DNA of 64,000 nt from Octopus sinensis (lineage: Eukaryota). Where the stretch lies: assembly GCF_006345805.1 (NCBI RefSeq), contig NC_043014.1, forward strand, positions 2,666,001 through 2,730,000, written 5' to 3'. This document shows, one piece after another, positions 23,590 to 35,884 of the stretch. Under the pieces are notes generated by a model, which worked only from the letters and a program-made list of their open reading frames with translations, was not told the DNA's origin and did no database searches. A program made the position numbers and the translations under genes. The first letter of the stretch is position 1. Each line of letters starts with the position of its first letter.

Positions 23590-23960
23590 AGCCTTGGTTT
23601 CTGCCGGAGTCTCCTTCCATTCACAAGTTCTCCAGGCCTGTGATATGCAGAACACTGATTGGGAGAGCAATGCCTGTCATCGCCACAGATGGAGGAAGCA
23701 GGTTAAGGAGGGGACCGACACTTTTGAGAGAGCACGTATCCAGCATGAAGAACTTAGGTGAGCTGCGCGAAAGCGCATGGCTCGTATAGTGAATGGGGAA
23801 AGCTTGGTCTGCAATTTTTGCAGTCGTGTGTGCTTGTCAAGAGCAGGGCTCATTAACCACCAACAGAGCCGCAAATGCAAAATATAAGTTAGTCCTAGAG
23901 CACACAATGTTCCTGAAGGTCAGCAATGGTCTTCCTCGGTCACGAGTGGACGGCCATCAT
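23590..23960 (+). mobile_element. RTE-BovB-type LINE 3' fragment (decayed)
   Basis: WESNACHRHRWRKQVKEGTDTFE...*...CNFCSRVCLSRAGLINH, with an in-frame stop. Confidence 0.75.
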
Positions 23961-23984
23961 GTATGTATGTATGTATGTATATAT

Positions 23985-24020
<36 letters not shown>

Positions 24021-25360
24021 AATATGTATGCATGTATGTATGTATGTATATATAATAGATCAGGATTTAAGTTAATCAGGCATTTGAATGGTAAGGTACC
24101 AGGTTGTGTTGAAGATTTGTACACAACCAAAAAAGTAGGGATATACATACACGGGTATCGAAGCACAGGTGGAGAGATATTCAGGTGATGTATACGATTA
24201 GCTGTACCCAACAGAATATGTCATTAGTCTTAAGGTTAATCTAGGAAAAGCACATTGCACTAAAGGTATGGCCTATAATATACTTTGGTTCCATGCAAGG
24301 AGCATGTTTCAAGTGAGGTGAATAATATAAATGAATGATAACAGGCAGATAATGTGTCAATCTACTGCTGCTGTTTCCAATTAGTCTTTAATTAATTAAT
24401 GGAGAAATTACATTATTAGTGAAGATATGAATTGCAACATTCAAAATCCAACAACTTGTGTCACTTCATGGATTCCATGACCAGTGCCGGTCATAAGAAT
24501 GACAATTCTGCCATCAACAAAAGAAAGAAAAAAACAAAATATAAACAACAATAAAAAGAGCTCTGATTTATTAGAATATCAAGTATGATAAAAATATTTA
24601 ACACCTCGTATGCATAGATACAGGGTGCAATGGAAAAGAAAAGATGTCCTGGATTCTACACATTTACAAATGTTTCATTAAAATACACACAAAATGCATT
24701 AATTAAAATCAAAATGGTAAATGAAAAAGAATGGTAAGACATTGGCTCCCTAAAGACACCATTATCATCAATGGAACTTCACTGGTGCCAAGCCAATGGC
24801 CATCTGAAATGCAGGAGGTTTTTCTGCTGCACCCAGTATTTCCTATTTCATGACTAGAACTCTTAATAAAATATGCACAGACAATATTTCAATTTTGAAA
24901 ATAATTACAAATTTAGAGAGATTCATTAAAATAACAAACTTTATTAATTAATTATAAGTTTGGTGCTTGGAACATATCAAAAGTTTCCTATTTTTGAAAT
25001 TAAATGTAAAGGATTTACAATTGGATGTTTTGTGATAAGGAATTAGAGACAGTTTTAGGTGAATTGGTATCAAAGAAGAAATACAGATACACATAGGCAC
25101 AAGCGTGGCTGTGTGGTTAAGGAGTTTGCTTTGCAAGCATGAGGTTTCAGGATCATTCCCACTGTGCAGCACCCTGGGAAAGTATTTTCTATTAATAACC
25201 TTAAGGCTGATCAATGTGCCTCGGGAGTGAATTTAATAGACAAATACATATTTATATCTTTGTCTGTCTGTCTGTTTACCTATCTATCAGTGTATATATG
25301 TATATATGTATCTATCTATCTATCTCTCCATCTATCTATCTATTTGTCTATCTATCTGTT

Positions 25361-25391
<31 letters not shown>

Positions 25392-26465
25392 GTATCTATC
25401 TATCTATCTATCTGTCTACCTATCTATCTATCCATCTATCTATGTGACCATCTATCTGACTCTCTCTATCTACACACACACACACAACACAATATTCACA
25501 CACACATATATACTTTTAATAGTTTCAGTCATTGGTCAGTGCTCCAGCATGGGCACTATACCAAAAAGTTTAACTGAATGAATTGACCCCCAGCATTTAT
25601 TATTTTTTTTAATGGTTAGCAGCAGGAAAGACATTGGTAGCTTCTTGCCATTACTTTTGTTTTCACTCAGCCTGATGAATATGCTCGAAGTAAACAACTT
25701 GTTTATTTCAAACACCAGAAATTTTTCCACGAACATGAAACTTGAGTTGCTGTAAAAATGTCATTAACATTCTATATAAGGATTTAACTAAGCTCTCACA
25801 TGAACTGAGTGCTCTCCCTTGTTGAAAGTTATTCAACGATAACATACATAATACATACATACATACACACACATACACATACATACATACATACATACAC
25901 ACACGTACATACAAATATATGTACATACATTCTATTCATACTGCTTCAGTCTATCCACTGCTGATATATACATACATAGACATAGATGCACACACACACA
26001 CACACACACATATATACACACAGCCACATATATTTATACACACACACATATGTCTGTCTGTCTCTCTCTCTATCTATCTATCTATCTATCTCTCTATCTA
26101 TCTATATATTTAAATATGCATATTTATGTATTATATGATTATTTATGCATGTGTGTGCGTGTATGTGTGGTGTTGGTGGTTGTGTGTGTGTGTGTAGACA
26201 TGCCTGTACTCTAAAATAGTGGTCTACTCAATATGCAAAGCAAATATCGATGTGAAAGAAATAAAGTTTTTTTGATTATAGATGTTTTTTGCACAATGAT
26301 ACACCATGTGTAACTTGAAAATACATATTCTGAGAGAACACTACATTAAAATCTCTAATGAGAAAACCAAATTTGTCAAATGTGAATCAGAGCCAGGGCT
26401 TATGACTAACATTCCCTGTGTGATCAATTAGTCTTTATACATTTTTAATTATTCATATTAATCAT

Positions 26466-27256
26466 TTAACTGTGGTGTGAATTCCATGACTGTATGTCAC
26501 TATTCAAATCGACAATTTCCCTGCTTTTAGGATTCTCCTCCTCACTATTTTCAGAACTGTCTTTCACACTATTTTTAGGGCTCTCTTCCAGGAGCCTTTC
26601 AGAATTGTCCTCCACACTTATATCAGAACTGTCCCCAACTTTAATATCAGAACCGTCAACAAGTTTGGTCTCAAAAATGCTCTCCAGTCTGTTCTCCAAA
26701 CTATCTTCCAGTCTACTTTCAAAAGTGTCGTCTGTTTTACTCTCAGAACTGTCGTCCAATTTGCTTTCAGAGCTATCCTCCAATATGCTCTCAAAATTGT
26801 TCTTCATTTGACTCTCAAAATTGTCCTCTAACCTACTCTCAAAACTGTCATCTATTTGACTCTCAGAACTTTCTCCAAATATTCTCTCAAAACTGTCCTC
26901 CATTTGACTCTCAGAACTGTCTTTTAGTTGACTCTCAAAACTGTCCTCCATTTGACTCTCAAAACTGTCCTCCAGTTGACTCTCAGAGCTGTCATCCAAT
27001 CTGTTCTCAGAATTGTCCTCCAGTCGGATATCAGTGCTGTTCTCCATTCCAATATCAAAACTGTTCATTTTGTCTTCTGTCTCTCTGGAATCCAAAGCGT
27101 TTCCAATTTTCAAAGATTCATTTTCGGTTTCTTTTGGATCTTCCTCCAAAATTTCAGTAAGGTTAATGTTTGATATATTGGTGCTTACCAATATTTCTGA
27201 AACATTCAAGGTCCAAGGTGCTCCTTGGAATTCTTCAGGACTTATTCTTCCATCTC
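26466..27256 (-). CDS. Uncharacterised EF-hand protein, terminal exon (second half of EF loop plus acidic repeat tail)
   Basis: Polypyrimidine acceptor ...catacctag|GA; phase 1 joins the upstream exon to give DADKNGDGRISPEEF; 791-nt open frame to TAA; ATTAAA at 26444-26449. Confidence 0.8.
26544..27023 (-). repeat. Coding 24-nt minisatellite, 20 x octapeptide (LEDSFESQ-like)
   Basis: Frame-preserving, diverged 8-aa units. Confidence 0.85.
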
Positions 27257-27369
27257 CTAGGTATGACAAAAGAAAAAAAGAGAGAAAAAAATATTAATTT
27301 TGTTACAATTAAGGGTCACAGCAACATGTAATGTTTTAGTTAAGGGTCACAACAACAGGATTTTCATTG

Positions 27370-27539
27370 AATCGATATGTGTGGTTGTGTGATTGAGAAG
27401 CTGGCTTCTCAGGTTCAATCCCACAGTCCAGCATCTTGGGTGAATATTCTCTGCTATAACCCCAGGCCAACAAAATCCTGTGAGTGAATTTGATAGGTAG
27501 AAACTGAAAGAAGTCCATTGCATACATACATACATACAT

Positions 27540-27572
<33 letters not shown>

Positions 27573-27945
27573 TATATATAGGTGCGGGAGTGGCTGTGTA
27601 GTAAGAAGCTTGCTTCCCAACCACATGGTTCCTGGTTCAGTCCCACTGTGTGGCATCTTGGGCAAGTCTCTTATACTATAGCCTTGAACCGACCAAAGCC
27701 TTGTGAGTGAATATGGTAGACGGAAACCAAAAGAAGCCCATAGTATATGTATATGTTTGTGTGTCTGTGTTTGTCCCTCCATCATTATTGACAACCAATG
27801 TTGGTGTGTTTACAAGTATGTAACTTAGCAGTTTGGCAATAAGTACTAGAATAAGTACCAGGCTTACAAGCCCTTGGGGTCGATTTGTTCAACTAAAGGC
27901 AGTGCTCCAGCATGACCGCAGTCAAATGACTGAAACAAGTAAAAG
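27370..27945 (+). mobile_element. Two adjacent SINE family B copies
   Basis: Truncated copy ~27370-27545 and near-full copy ~27580-27945. Confidence 0.75.
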
Positions 27946-28159
27946 AATATATATATATATATATAACATATATAAAATGTAAGCTGACTAAGGGATAAAA
28001 AATCTGTATATACTATTAGAAGCATATAATCTACCATCATGGGGCTAACGAGGTCTGTAGGTAAGGGAGTGAATTAGTACTGGTCTAGGGAGCAAAAAAC
28101 TTTTTGAAGGGTAATTTCAATATAAAGGGGGAACCAGGATGTTTTGAAAGTTATGAAAA

Positions 28160-28360
28160 GAAGCTGGCAGAATTGTTAGCATGTTGGGAAAAATGCTTAG
28201 CGGCATTTCTACTGTCTTTGTGTTCTGAGTTCAAATTCCTCCGAGGTTGACTTTGTCTTTCATCCTTTCAGGGTTGATAAATTAAGTACCAGCTGCATAC
28301 TGGGGTCGATCTAATCGACTGGCTCCCTCCCCACAAATTTTGGGCCTTATGCCTAGAGTA
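28160..28360 (+). mobile_element. SINE family A variant (alternative tail)
   Basis: gctggcagaa...ttctgagttcaaattcc...ggggtcgatctaatcgactggc. Confidence 0.7.
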
Positions 28361-28384
28361 GTAAAAAAAAAAAAAAATTAAAAA

Positions 28385-28740
28385 TGGTGATATACATCTG
28401 GAAAATCCTGGAGGGTCTTGTCCCAAACTTTGGCATTCAAAGTTACCCCAACCGCAGAACTGGGCGCCACTGCATGGTGCCAAAGATTCCAACATCACCA
28501 TCAAAATACAGGTCCAGATACTGCAACAGCTTGGGTTTCAGAGGACCACAGCTCTTTAACATCCTCCCTAAATGCCTTGCATGGTGTGGATGTGGGTTTC
28601 TTTAAAACTAAACTGGATATCTTCTTGTTGGGGGTCCCAGATGAACCTACCTCACGACAAGAGACACAGATGCGGGCAGCGGCATCGAACTCCCTTGTTG
28701 ATCAAGTGCCACGTATCAGAAGTGGATTCACATATTAGCC
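28385..28740 (+). mobile_element. CR1/L2-group LINE fragment (same family as 17184)
   Basis: IYIWKILEGLVPNFGI...GFRGPQLFNILP...LDIFLLGVPDEP, frameshifted. Confidence 0.85.
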
Positions 28741-29209
28741 TTCGGGCTAAAACTTTTTTAAGGATTTAAGGATTTAAGGGAGGAAGTACACAAATTTTTT
28801 TGTTTTTAGGGGATGGTGGTGAAGCTTGTATTTTTCTCTGTTTAAGGACCCCTGCATTAAGGGCCAATATGGTTGAAGAGGGGATAACACCCTTTTGGTT
28901 GTGTGAACAGTTTTATCTGGTTTTACAAGTCGTAATTTTATATTCAATATCTTCTCTGGCGAAATATCTTAGTGCGGTCATTGATATAAGCCTCCTCATC
29001 ACATGAAATAAATATGCCCGCTGTTGTTGTTGTTATTGTTGTTGCTGCTGTCATTGTTGTTTGTGTTGTGGTTGCTGTTTAGCCTCAGGCCAGCTCTGAT
29101 CCAACGGACTTATGATCAACGACAATCCAACGATGACCATCTCATTTTATTTTCAAACATAACGTATCTAGAACTATGTTATTCACTGTGTTCCTCCATG
29201 TTTAAGAAT

Positions 29210-29378
29210 TCTCATCATCATCATCATCATCATCATCGTTTAACGTCCGCTTTCCATGCTAGCATGGGTTGGACGAATGACTGAGGGCTGGCGAACCAGA
29301 TGGCTGCACCAGGCTTCAATCTTGATCTGGTAGAGTTTCTACAGCTGGATGCCCTTCCTAATGCCAACCACTCCGTAA
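29210..29378 (-). mobile_element. SINE-like family C (truncated)
   Basis: Nearly identical to 2566-2715. Confidence 0.8.
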
Positions 29379-29504
29379 GTTAGCTGCTATTTCTAGCAGA
29401 CTGAGAGACCATGCAAAGACATCCACATTTTTGTTGTTGACAGATTCCTTGTTGTTGTTGCTGTCGTTGGGTCTTTTAACAAAAGCAGAGGAGAAGGAGT
29501 GTCA

Positions 29505-30245
29505 GTAGAGTACATAAGTATGTACTCCACCAGGTCAATGGCTCTTCAACACACTGGTCAAAGATAAGGTTTCAAGGGACGCCCAGTGCGTCCATGCTGC
29601 CAACAAAGCACGCGGAATTCTGTTCTTGATTCGACGGTTATTCAGAATGCTCACAGCAGCCATATTCCTACCGCTCTATATCACGCTGGTGAGACCCATA
29701 TTGGAGTATGGGATTCAAGCCTCTTCTCCTTATCTCCTCAAAGACATACAGCATCTCAAAAGAGTCCAGAAGCTGGCTACCCGCAATGGTTCTTGGTCTC
29801 AAGCATTTGTCTTATATGAAGAAAGGTGTCTAAGACGCTCGACCTTTATTCTCTAGAAAAACGACAATGCTGTGGTGATCTCATTCTTGCTCACAACATC
29901 ATAAGCGGAAAGTGTAATCTCTCGAAAGAGCTGTTCTTCACTCCTGCTCCAGAGCGTCGGCTGCGGGGTCATTCCGAAAAGCTCTATCTGCGACGATTTC
30001 ATCTCAATCGAAGGAGAGGGGCTTTCTCGGTCTGGGTTGCAGATCCGTGGAATAAACTGCCAGACGAGATGGTGAAGATGCCGACGACCGCTCGGTTCAA
30101 AGTCTCCCTTGACCTCAAGTGGCCTGAACTCCTTACATGAACACCACCCTGTACATAACTCCATGTCCCCCTACATGGCCTTGCTTTTTGCTTTTTGAGC
30201 CAAAAAATTAACTAACTAACTAACTAACTAAGTAACTAACTAACT
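29505..30245 (+). mobile_element. CR1-type LINE 3' fragment (second family)
   Basis: LYITLVRPILEYG...VQKLATR; LYSLEKR..GDLI..LRGHSEKL...WNKLP; (TAAC)n tail. Confidence 0.85.
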
Positions 30246-30352
30246 AAGGGTTAGTCTGAAGAACCTGCAACGAATAGAAATCCTACTTTTAGGGTCCACA
30301 TGGTCACAAAGTAAGGTCTACTTGTTTGGGAAAATACCTGACAAGAACTTAC

Positions 30353-30563
30353 CATTTTTATCTGCATCTTTAAAAGCTTCCTTAGCGTTCCGTCTTGCAC
30401 CGGTTGTTTTAATTAACTCCTGCAGACTGATGAAATTATCGTTAATATTGTTGTCGTAGCGTGAGAAGTCCTCGGGAAGAGGCACCGGTCTAAATTCTTC
30501 GCTGTCCTTTTTGGGGTTCACCAGGAATTGTTTTACAGCTTTGGGGTCCTTTATTGTTTCAAT
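30353..30563 (-). CDS. Uncharacterised EF-hand protein, penultimate exon
   Basis: Acceptor tttggtttcttacag|ATT, donor AATG|gtaagt; 211 nt encoding IETIKDPK...PEDFSRYDNNINDNFISLQEL...AKEAFKDADKN. Confidence 0.8.
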
Positions 30564-30721
30564 CTGTAAGAAACCAAAACGAGAAATAAGCACTTTTTTC
30601 CTATTTTTATATAAAATCTGAGAGGAGGGGTAGGGGAGGGGGCAGTGCTGTTAATCTTTGAAGATGTTACATGATTAACAAGACTGATGATTGATGTAGC
30701 TGATGTTAATAATAATGATGA

Positions 30722-30961
30722 TGATCATCATCATCATCGTTTAACGTCCGTTCTCCATGCTAGCATGGGTTGGACGGTTCGACCGGGGATCTGGGAAGCC
30801 AGAAGGCTGCACCAGGCTCCAGTCTTATCTGGCAGTGTTTCTACAGCTGGATGCCCTTCCTAGCACCAACCACTCCGTGAGTGTAGTGGGTGCTTTACGT
30901 GCCACCTGCACAGGTGCCAGCCGAGGCTGGCAACGGCCACGGTCGGATTGGTGTATTTTTA
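30722..30961 (-). mobile_element. SINE-like family C running into the gap
   Basis: Family core. Confidence 0.75.
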
Positions 30962-31061
30962 NNNNNNNNNNNNNNNNNNNNNNNNNNNNNNNNNNNNNNN
31001 NNNNNNNNNNNNNNNNNNNNNNNNNNNNNNNNNNNNNNNNNNNNNNNNNNNNNNNNNNNNN
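30962..31061. other. Assembly gap (100 N)
   Basis: Run of exactly 100 N, typical of an unknown-size gap. Confidence 0.95.
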
Positions 31062-31189
31062 ATGTAATGTTAGACGTCACGAGACGGTTTGTGGTTATCA
31101 TAGGAGAGAGATCACAAGGAGTATCCACATACACGTGTGTGTGTGTATGTGTGTTTATATGTGCGTGCGTGTGTATGTATGTGTGTGTG

Positions 31190-31238
31190 TGTGTAGGCAC
31201 GAGAAACTACCACTAGTGTGTGCATGTGTGTGTGTGTT

Positions 31239-31273
<35 letters not shown>

Positions 31274-31400
31274 AGGCACGAGAAGCTACCACTAGTGTGT
31301 GCATGTGTGTGTGTTTGTGTGTGTGTGTGTAGGCACGAGAAACTACCACTAGTGTGTGCATGTGTGTGTGTGTGTTTGTGTGTGTGTGTCTACACGTGTG
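31190..31400. repeat. Minisatellite ggcacgagaaactaccactag + (TG)n, three copies
   Basis: Copies near 31196, 31275, 31332; variant at ~31700. Confidence 0.75.
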
Positions 31401-31739
31401 TGTGTGTGTTCGTATGTGTTTCTGGTGCCCCGTTCACAATCTCCAGATCACGAGTCCGACCCCCCAGGGGCCATGCGATGCATTTGTGTTCTTCATCAAG
31501 GTACTTCATCTCTCGTTGCTTTGCAAGAATAACATCGATACCTGACGAGTGGCGGGGGGCAGGCACTTTTGCACCAGCACCAACCAATGTCGATTTAATG
31601 GAAAGACTGAACTGACGCGCAACACAAACGTTTGATCGCTAAATAAACAAATCATCCGAATTGGCAGCTCTGCTAGAAATCGCAGAACCGTTTGCCTTGG
31701 GCACGGGAAACTACCATTAGTGTGTGTGTGTGTGTGTAA

Positions 31740-31775
<36 letters not shown>

Positions 31776-31811
31776 TATCATCAAAATAAGCAGCAAGGAT
31801 ATCCAGAGGTA

Positions 31812-31900
31812 ATGCACTACGATCGTTTCATGCGACTCCATTTAATTGAACAATGCAAACATTACATCAATTTAAAATGTAGAGCAATCTTCAGCTGCAC
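31812..31900 (-). ncRNA. Type I hammerhead ribozyme motif with long stem II
   Basis: GTGCAG-CTGAAGA-T-TGC...GCA-T-GAAA-CGATCG-TA|GTGCAT; stem III palindrome ACGATCGT; one mismatch at the base of stem I. Confidence 0.55.
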
Positions 31901-32153
31901 AAAAATATAGAATTTAGTTAAAATTCGAAGGATTCATTTGTATAATTTTCTTTTTATACAAAATCTCAACAAAACGCCAAAATGACATTTTGCTGAGATT
32001 TTTTCTTGAGAACCATTCTTCGTGATAATGACGATTTGACGTCTATGTTTAGCATATAGGGTGTCCACTTTAGTGTTCATTCTTCTTAATTTTGTGTATA
32101 TATATATATTATATATATCTATATATTATATATATATTATATATAGATCGATT

Positions 32154-32191
<38 letters not shown>

Positions 32192-32379
32192 AATAGATTA
32201 TAGATATTTATATATATAATATATATAATATAATTATATCTATACATACACACACACACACATTATTAATGTGTGTGTTTATGTTATATAGATATAACAC
32301 AACACACACACCTTTATAACTTCAATATGAATCAAAGGCGAACCTCTTCATACAATCTACTCAACCTAAATGCGAGACC

Positions 32380-32548
32380 ATCATTTATCATCATTATCAT
32401 CATCACCATCATCACCATTACCATCACCATCATTGATACCACTCTCATCATCATCATCACCTTCATCATTATCATTATGGCCATCATCACCATCACCGTC
32501 CTCACCAACACCACCACCACCACCATCATCATAATCATCATAATCATC

Positions 32549-32613
<65 letters not shown>

Positions 32614-32650
32614 AATCATCATCATCATCACCGTCATCATCATCATCGTT
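32380..32650. repeat. (ATC)n microsatellite
   Basis: Direct inspection. Confidence 0.9.
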
Positions 32651-33419
32651 TGCTGTTGTTGTCTTCCTAATTAGATCTCCGAATGTCAGGCAGCAGCCAT
32701 TTTAATGGAGTACGTTCGCCTTCTTTTTTTTTTTTTGGACACTCGAGTGTTTATAGACACTGACAACATTGCGGCGGCGAAGGTGGCGAGGGAGAAGAAG
32801 AGGAGGAGAAGAAGAGGGGAGGGCGGCGGAGGCGCGGAGAGGGCAAGCACGAAGGATTTACCGTTTTCCATTCTCGAGTCATTGACCTTGTTTTTATTCT
32901 TGTATGTCTATAATGAGGAAATGGGTCGGGCTGCCGACGACTGAGGCCGTTTAATGTGGTACAGTTATGGGTGTAAACATGTGTAGATTCGTGTGTGCAC
33001 GTGAGAGATTGGTGTGTGTCGGAGAGATTGGTGATGGGGGGGGGGAAAGAGAGACAGACACAGAGCGCGTGCGCGTGTGTATACATTTGTGTACATGTCT
33101 TTATTTTATTCCGTTTTTTATGCATTTTTCGAACTTTGTATTCATATATTTAGATTTGCAAGGGATTGTGTCAAAGGGAGTCGTTTTTGTGTGGATATTG
33201 TTTGAGTCCAGTGCAATGGCTGTGTGGCGGGGTGGGGGGCAGACACACACACACATTGAAGGCGAAACTTCAACTCCCAGTCAAACCAATGAATTCTATT
33301 CTACTGGATGTATAGTCTCGCCATTAGTAAATGTTTTAATGGTTCGCTGTTTTTCAATAGGTTAAGCATAGATAGACAAACATAGATAGATAGACAGATA
33401 TATATATATAGAGAGAGAG

Positions 33420-33775
33420 ATGGATGGATGGATGGATGGATGGACGGGTGGACGAACGGACGGACGGACGGACGGATGGACGGCTGGGCGGACGGACGGA
33501 CGGACGGACGGACGGACGAACGGACGGACAGACGGACGGACGGACGGACGGACGGACGGACGGACAGACGGACGGACGGACGGACGGACGGACGGACGGA
33601 CGGACGGACGAACGGACGGACAGACGGACGGACGGACGGACGGACGGACGGACGGACGGACGGACGGACGGACGGACAGACGGACGGACGGACGGACGGA
33701 CGGACGGACGGACGGACGGATGGACGGACGAACGGACGGACAGACGGACGGACGGACGACGGACGGACGGACGGA
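33420..33775. repeat. (GGAC)n microsatellite
   Basis: Direct inspection. Confidence 0.9.
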
Positions 33776-34218
33776 TCAAAAGCAGAATAAAACAGTAGAT
33801 TTAGTTCATCGTATTTATTGTAAAATCATGAATTACACAATCTTTACTCGTGTTTCAGCAGCAACAAAATTCGATTCCCAGACCGGGCGTTGTGTGTGTT
33901 TATTGAGCGAAAACACCTAAAGCTCCACGAGGCTCCGGCAGGGGGGGAGGCCACCCCTGTTGTACTCTTTCGCTCCAACTTTCTCTCACTCTTTCTTCCT
34001 GTTTCTTGTCCTCCCCGACTTCCTACGCAACCGCTGAGCCTGGATGCGCATTCATCCATCCGTCGATGCTCTCGTGTCGGGGGTTGACCTGCTTTCTCTT
34101 CTTCTTTCGGGTCTACGAATAGCAAAGGACCACGTTTCGACTTCTCCATCTTGCGAGCTCTGGGACGAAGACCTTTCGCTCAACAGCAACAGCAACACAG
34201 CACAACTGAAACACGAGT

Positions 34219-34453
34219 TTCATGGTTTGAAAGAGGTGGAAGTCAGATGGTGCGAGGAAGGGAAAGTAAGTGAGATGAGGAAGTATTTCATAGCCACAGG
34301 AATGTGCTTTCATCTGAGCAACGAATTTTAGTGGAAAGCTACAATTTACAATGTGATAATACAGAGACATGTATGATTATACCTGTACAAGATCCATTTC
34401 CTGCAATAAACGAAGTGGGTCAGGGGAAACCTTTAATGAACACCCCCTCGTAT
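34219..34453 (-). mobile_element. mariner transposase remnant with TIR
   Basis: GYEILPHLTYFPFLAPSDFHLF matches the mariner PHPPYSPDLAPSDFHLF motif; TIR-like tacgagggggtgttc. Confidence 0.75.
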
Positions 34454-34513
34454 CGGTAGGATTTGTTTTGTTCCCCAAGGAGTCGAATATGGAGTCTGTA
34501 GTATTCATATACG

Positions 34514-34731
34514 TACGAAGAAGTACTGAAAAATTCCTGGTTTTTGGGGTAAAAGAAAATACAGGAAGATCTGATAATTACGATTTTATCCCACATATTC
34601 CCCTCTCAGACTCACATATTGCAGAGGTCCTTCAGTTTTTCTAAGTCCTGTAAAATAACTCAGAAGGTTGAACCTCCAGCCAGGCCTTTCGTGACACCCT
34701 TAAAACCAGGAACTTTTCAGCACCCCTCGTA
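34514..34731. mobile_element. mariner-type MITE
   Basis: TA TSD; ~28-bp imperfect TIRs cgaagaagtactgaaaaattcctggttt / aaaccaggaacttttcagcacccctcg. Confidence 0.75.
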
Positions 34732-35388
34732 ATTCTCCATTGGTGGTCATGGTGGTAGAGAAGTTTTAAAATTCAGTTTAAATTATTGGAAACGCAATGT
34801 GCACACTGATACAACCATTTTCCCGACCTCTTTTCAGTCTCCACAGCCCCAGCCTCGGAAATAAGGGAGAAACCTTCCACCCCCTATGAGAAACACTATA
34901 TTAACGAGTAACGATTTAACACTCAGCTGGATTGGCCCCTTCTTCCGTTTCCCTCCATTGTTATTGTTGTTGTTGCTGCTGCTACACAATTTCTATTATA
35001 GGTCAATGACTGATCGCTTTCCAGCATGACCCCTTGTCCTCTTATGACTTCTGACCTCTCCAATTGTACGAGATATCGTTTGCAAATGTGTCACGTAAAG
35101 AGCAGAGACTGGAAGTGCACAATCAGGTTTTTTCACGGAAGCAGCCACTTATTGTTAAACACGTGTCTTCTTTCTGCTCCGTTTGTCATCTGGTTTGCTT
35201 CTTGTTTCCTTTGTTTTTGTCTTATTGTGGTTGTTGTTAATGTTGCAGATCCAGTTACTGTTATCTCCTCTTCCTCCTCCTCCTCCTCCTCCTCCTCCTC
35301 CTCCTCCACCGCCTGCTGTTCTGCTTTGTCTTGGTTTAGCATTTATCATGACAATGACTACTTTTAAATTTTTGATACTAAAAACATG

Positions 35389-35450
<62 letters not shown>

Positions 35451-35452
<2 letters not shown>

Positions 35453-35835
35453 AGGCGGCGAGCTGGCAGAAGCGTTAGCACGCCGGGCGAAATGCTTAGC
35501 AGTATTTCGTCTGTCGCTACGTTCTGAGTTCAAATTCCGCCGAGATCGACTTTGCCTTTCATCCTTTCGGGGTCGATAAATTAAGTACCAGTTACGCACT
35601 GGGGTCAATCTGATTGACTTAATCCGTTTGTCTGTCCTTGTTTGTCCCTTCTATGTTTAGCCCCTTGTGAGTAGTAAAGAAATAAGAATCGTTAGCACGA
35701 AATGCGTAGCCGTATTTCGTCTGCCGTTACGTTCTGAGTTCAAATTCCGCCGAGGTCAACTTTGCCTTTCATCCTTTCAGGCTCGATTAAATAAGTACCA
35801 GTTACGCACTGGGGTCGATGTAATCGACTTAATCA
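35451..35835 (+). mobile_element. SINE family A preceded by (ATT)20
   Basis: Head plus 1.5 body units. Confidence 0.85.
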
Positions 35836-35884
35836 GTTGAGCAAGTCTGTGGGTGGCTGACAATATGTGCATCTCTGATATGTG

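Noticed and set aside
33420-33920. DGRT-repeat ORFs; regular short repeats
   Set aside because: (GGAC)n microsatellite; not coding and not CRISPR-like (no unique spacers, eukaryotic context).
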